In this document: positions 27,119 through 27,761 of the stretch, one piece after another
Position numbering within the stretch: the first letter of the stretch is position 1
How the letters are laid out: each line of letters begins with the position of its first letter
Assembly: GCA_965197725.1 (NCBI GenBank)
Contig: CBDANQ010000044.1
Coordinates: 1 to 27,761 of the forward strand
From: Longimicrobiales bacterium
GTDB taxonomy: Bacteria; Gemmatimonadota; Gemmatimonadetes; Longimicrobiales; Gaopeijiaceae
Length of the DNA: 27,761 nt
Reading direction: 5' to 3'
Notes under the pieces: model-generated
The model's database searches: none
The model's input: only the letters and a program-made list of their open reading frames with translations
What the model was told of the DNA's origin: nothing
Program-made: the position numbers and the translations under genes

Positions 27119-27761
27119 CTAACCGTTCGGCCTCACCCGCCGCTTCACATCCAGGTCCACCCGCGTACCGTACGAAGTGATGCCGGACAGCCGGGAGAAG
27201 TAATCGTAGGCCGCCGCAGAGGCTGCCTCGACGACCGCACCGCCATTCCCGCCGTAGTTGGACATCACGGAGATCACGTACGGTCGGTCCGGTACGTCGA
27301 CCAGGCCCCACACGGTCGAGACTCCCGTGATCCCTCCCGGCTTGAACGCGATCGGCACGTCTCGGGGAACAGGGGTCCGGATCGGTCCGCCCTTGTAGAT
27401 CTCGAGAATCTCCCGAACTCGGACGCATCCCGCGGTCGTCATCGGGAGGTCACAGGCTGCGATCTTCTCCATGATCAGAGCCGCGTCCCGAGGCGTGGAG
27501 ATGTTCTCGTTTCCCCGCGCTGACTCCTCAGGCCGGATCATCTTCCGCTGCAGCTTCGTCCGCGTGGCTCCCAGCGAGGCCGAGAGCGCGTTGACGGCGT
27601 CCATCCCCAACGCGTCGATGAGCACGTTGGTGGCCGTGTTGTCCGAGTACACGACCATGTAGATCGCGTAGTCCTCGAGGGACAGCTCCGAGCCACCGTC
27701 GGTCAGGTGATGGAGGACGCCGCTCCCTCCTGTGCGCACTTCGTCGTTGAGCTCCAAGCGA
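27119..27761 (-). CDS. Class A beta-lactamase-like serine hydrolase (5' part outside the window)
   Basis: GGSGVL, SDNTATNVLI, ENISTPRD and KPG motifs. Confidence 0.85.
   Translation of the reverse strand, partial: RLELNDEVRTGGSGVLHHLTDGGSELSLEDYAIYMVVYSDNTATNVLIDALGMDAVNALSASLGATRTKLQRKMIRPEESARGNENISTPRDAALIMEKIAACDLPMTTAGCVRVREILEIYKGGPIRTPVPRDVPIAFKPGGITGVSTVWGLVDVPDRPYVISVMSNYGGNGGAVVEAASAAAYDYFSRLSGITSYGTRVDLDVKRRVRPNG

Noticed and set aside
27119..27761. Antibiotic-resistance beta-lactamase
   Set aside because: Generic class A-like serine hydrolase with KPG instead of KTG, and the SxxK motif is outside the window. The MBL at 5522-6292 is likewise ComEC-like rather than a resistance enzyme.

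Overview
GC-rich bacterial region heavily disrupted by insertion sequences. The most interesting part is the left ~6.3 kb, a candidate anti-phage ubiquitin-like conjugation locus on the minus strand. A ComEC-like metallo-beta-lactamase (MBL) gene ending in ...VGFG-RGTE overlaps a single ~1166-aa gene fusing E2, E1 (ThiF), JAB and a patatin phospholipase. The fusion is split by a recent IS256 (8-bp target duplication) and rejoins in frame when the IS is removed. The MBL has lost its N-terminus at a junction with an IS1595 remnant that itself carries a nested IS630, and an ArdC-like remnant lies just downstream. The middle holds housekeeping and metabolic genes (VOC protein, cyclophilin, mmuM, YchF-like ATPase, DUF1761, UDG family, deaminase, NTF2-like, D-cysteine desulfhydrase family, TauE, polysaccharide deacetylase lipoprotein) with many truncated genes, a second inverted IS256, two IS3 copies and a 15-bp VNTR. 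The right end has phage and kinase gene remnants, a tRNA-Pro(CGG)/tRNA-Ser(CGA) operon with a structured leader, a divergent intact P4-like integrase with no visible cargo, and a partial serine hydrolase. Family calls come from motif recognition by eye; no database searches were run.
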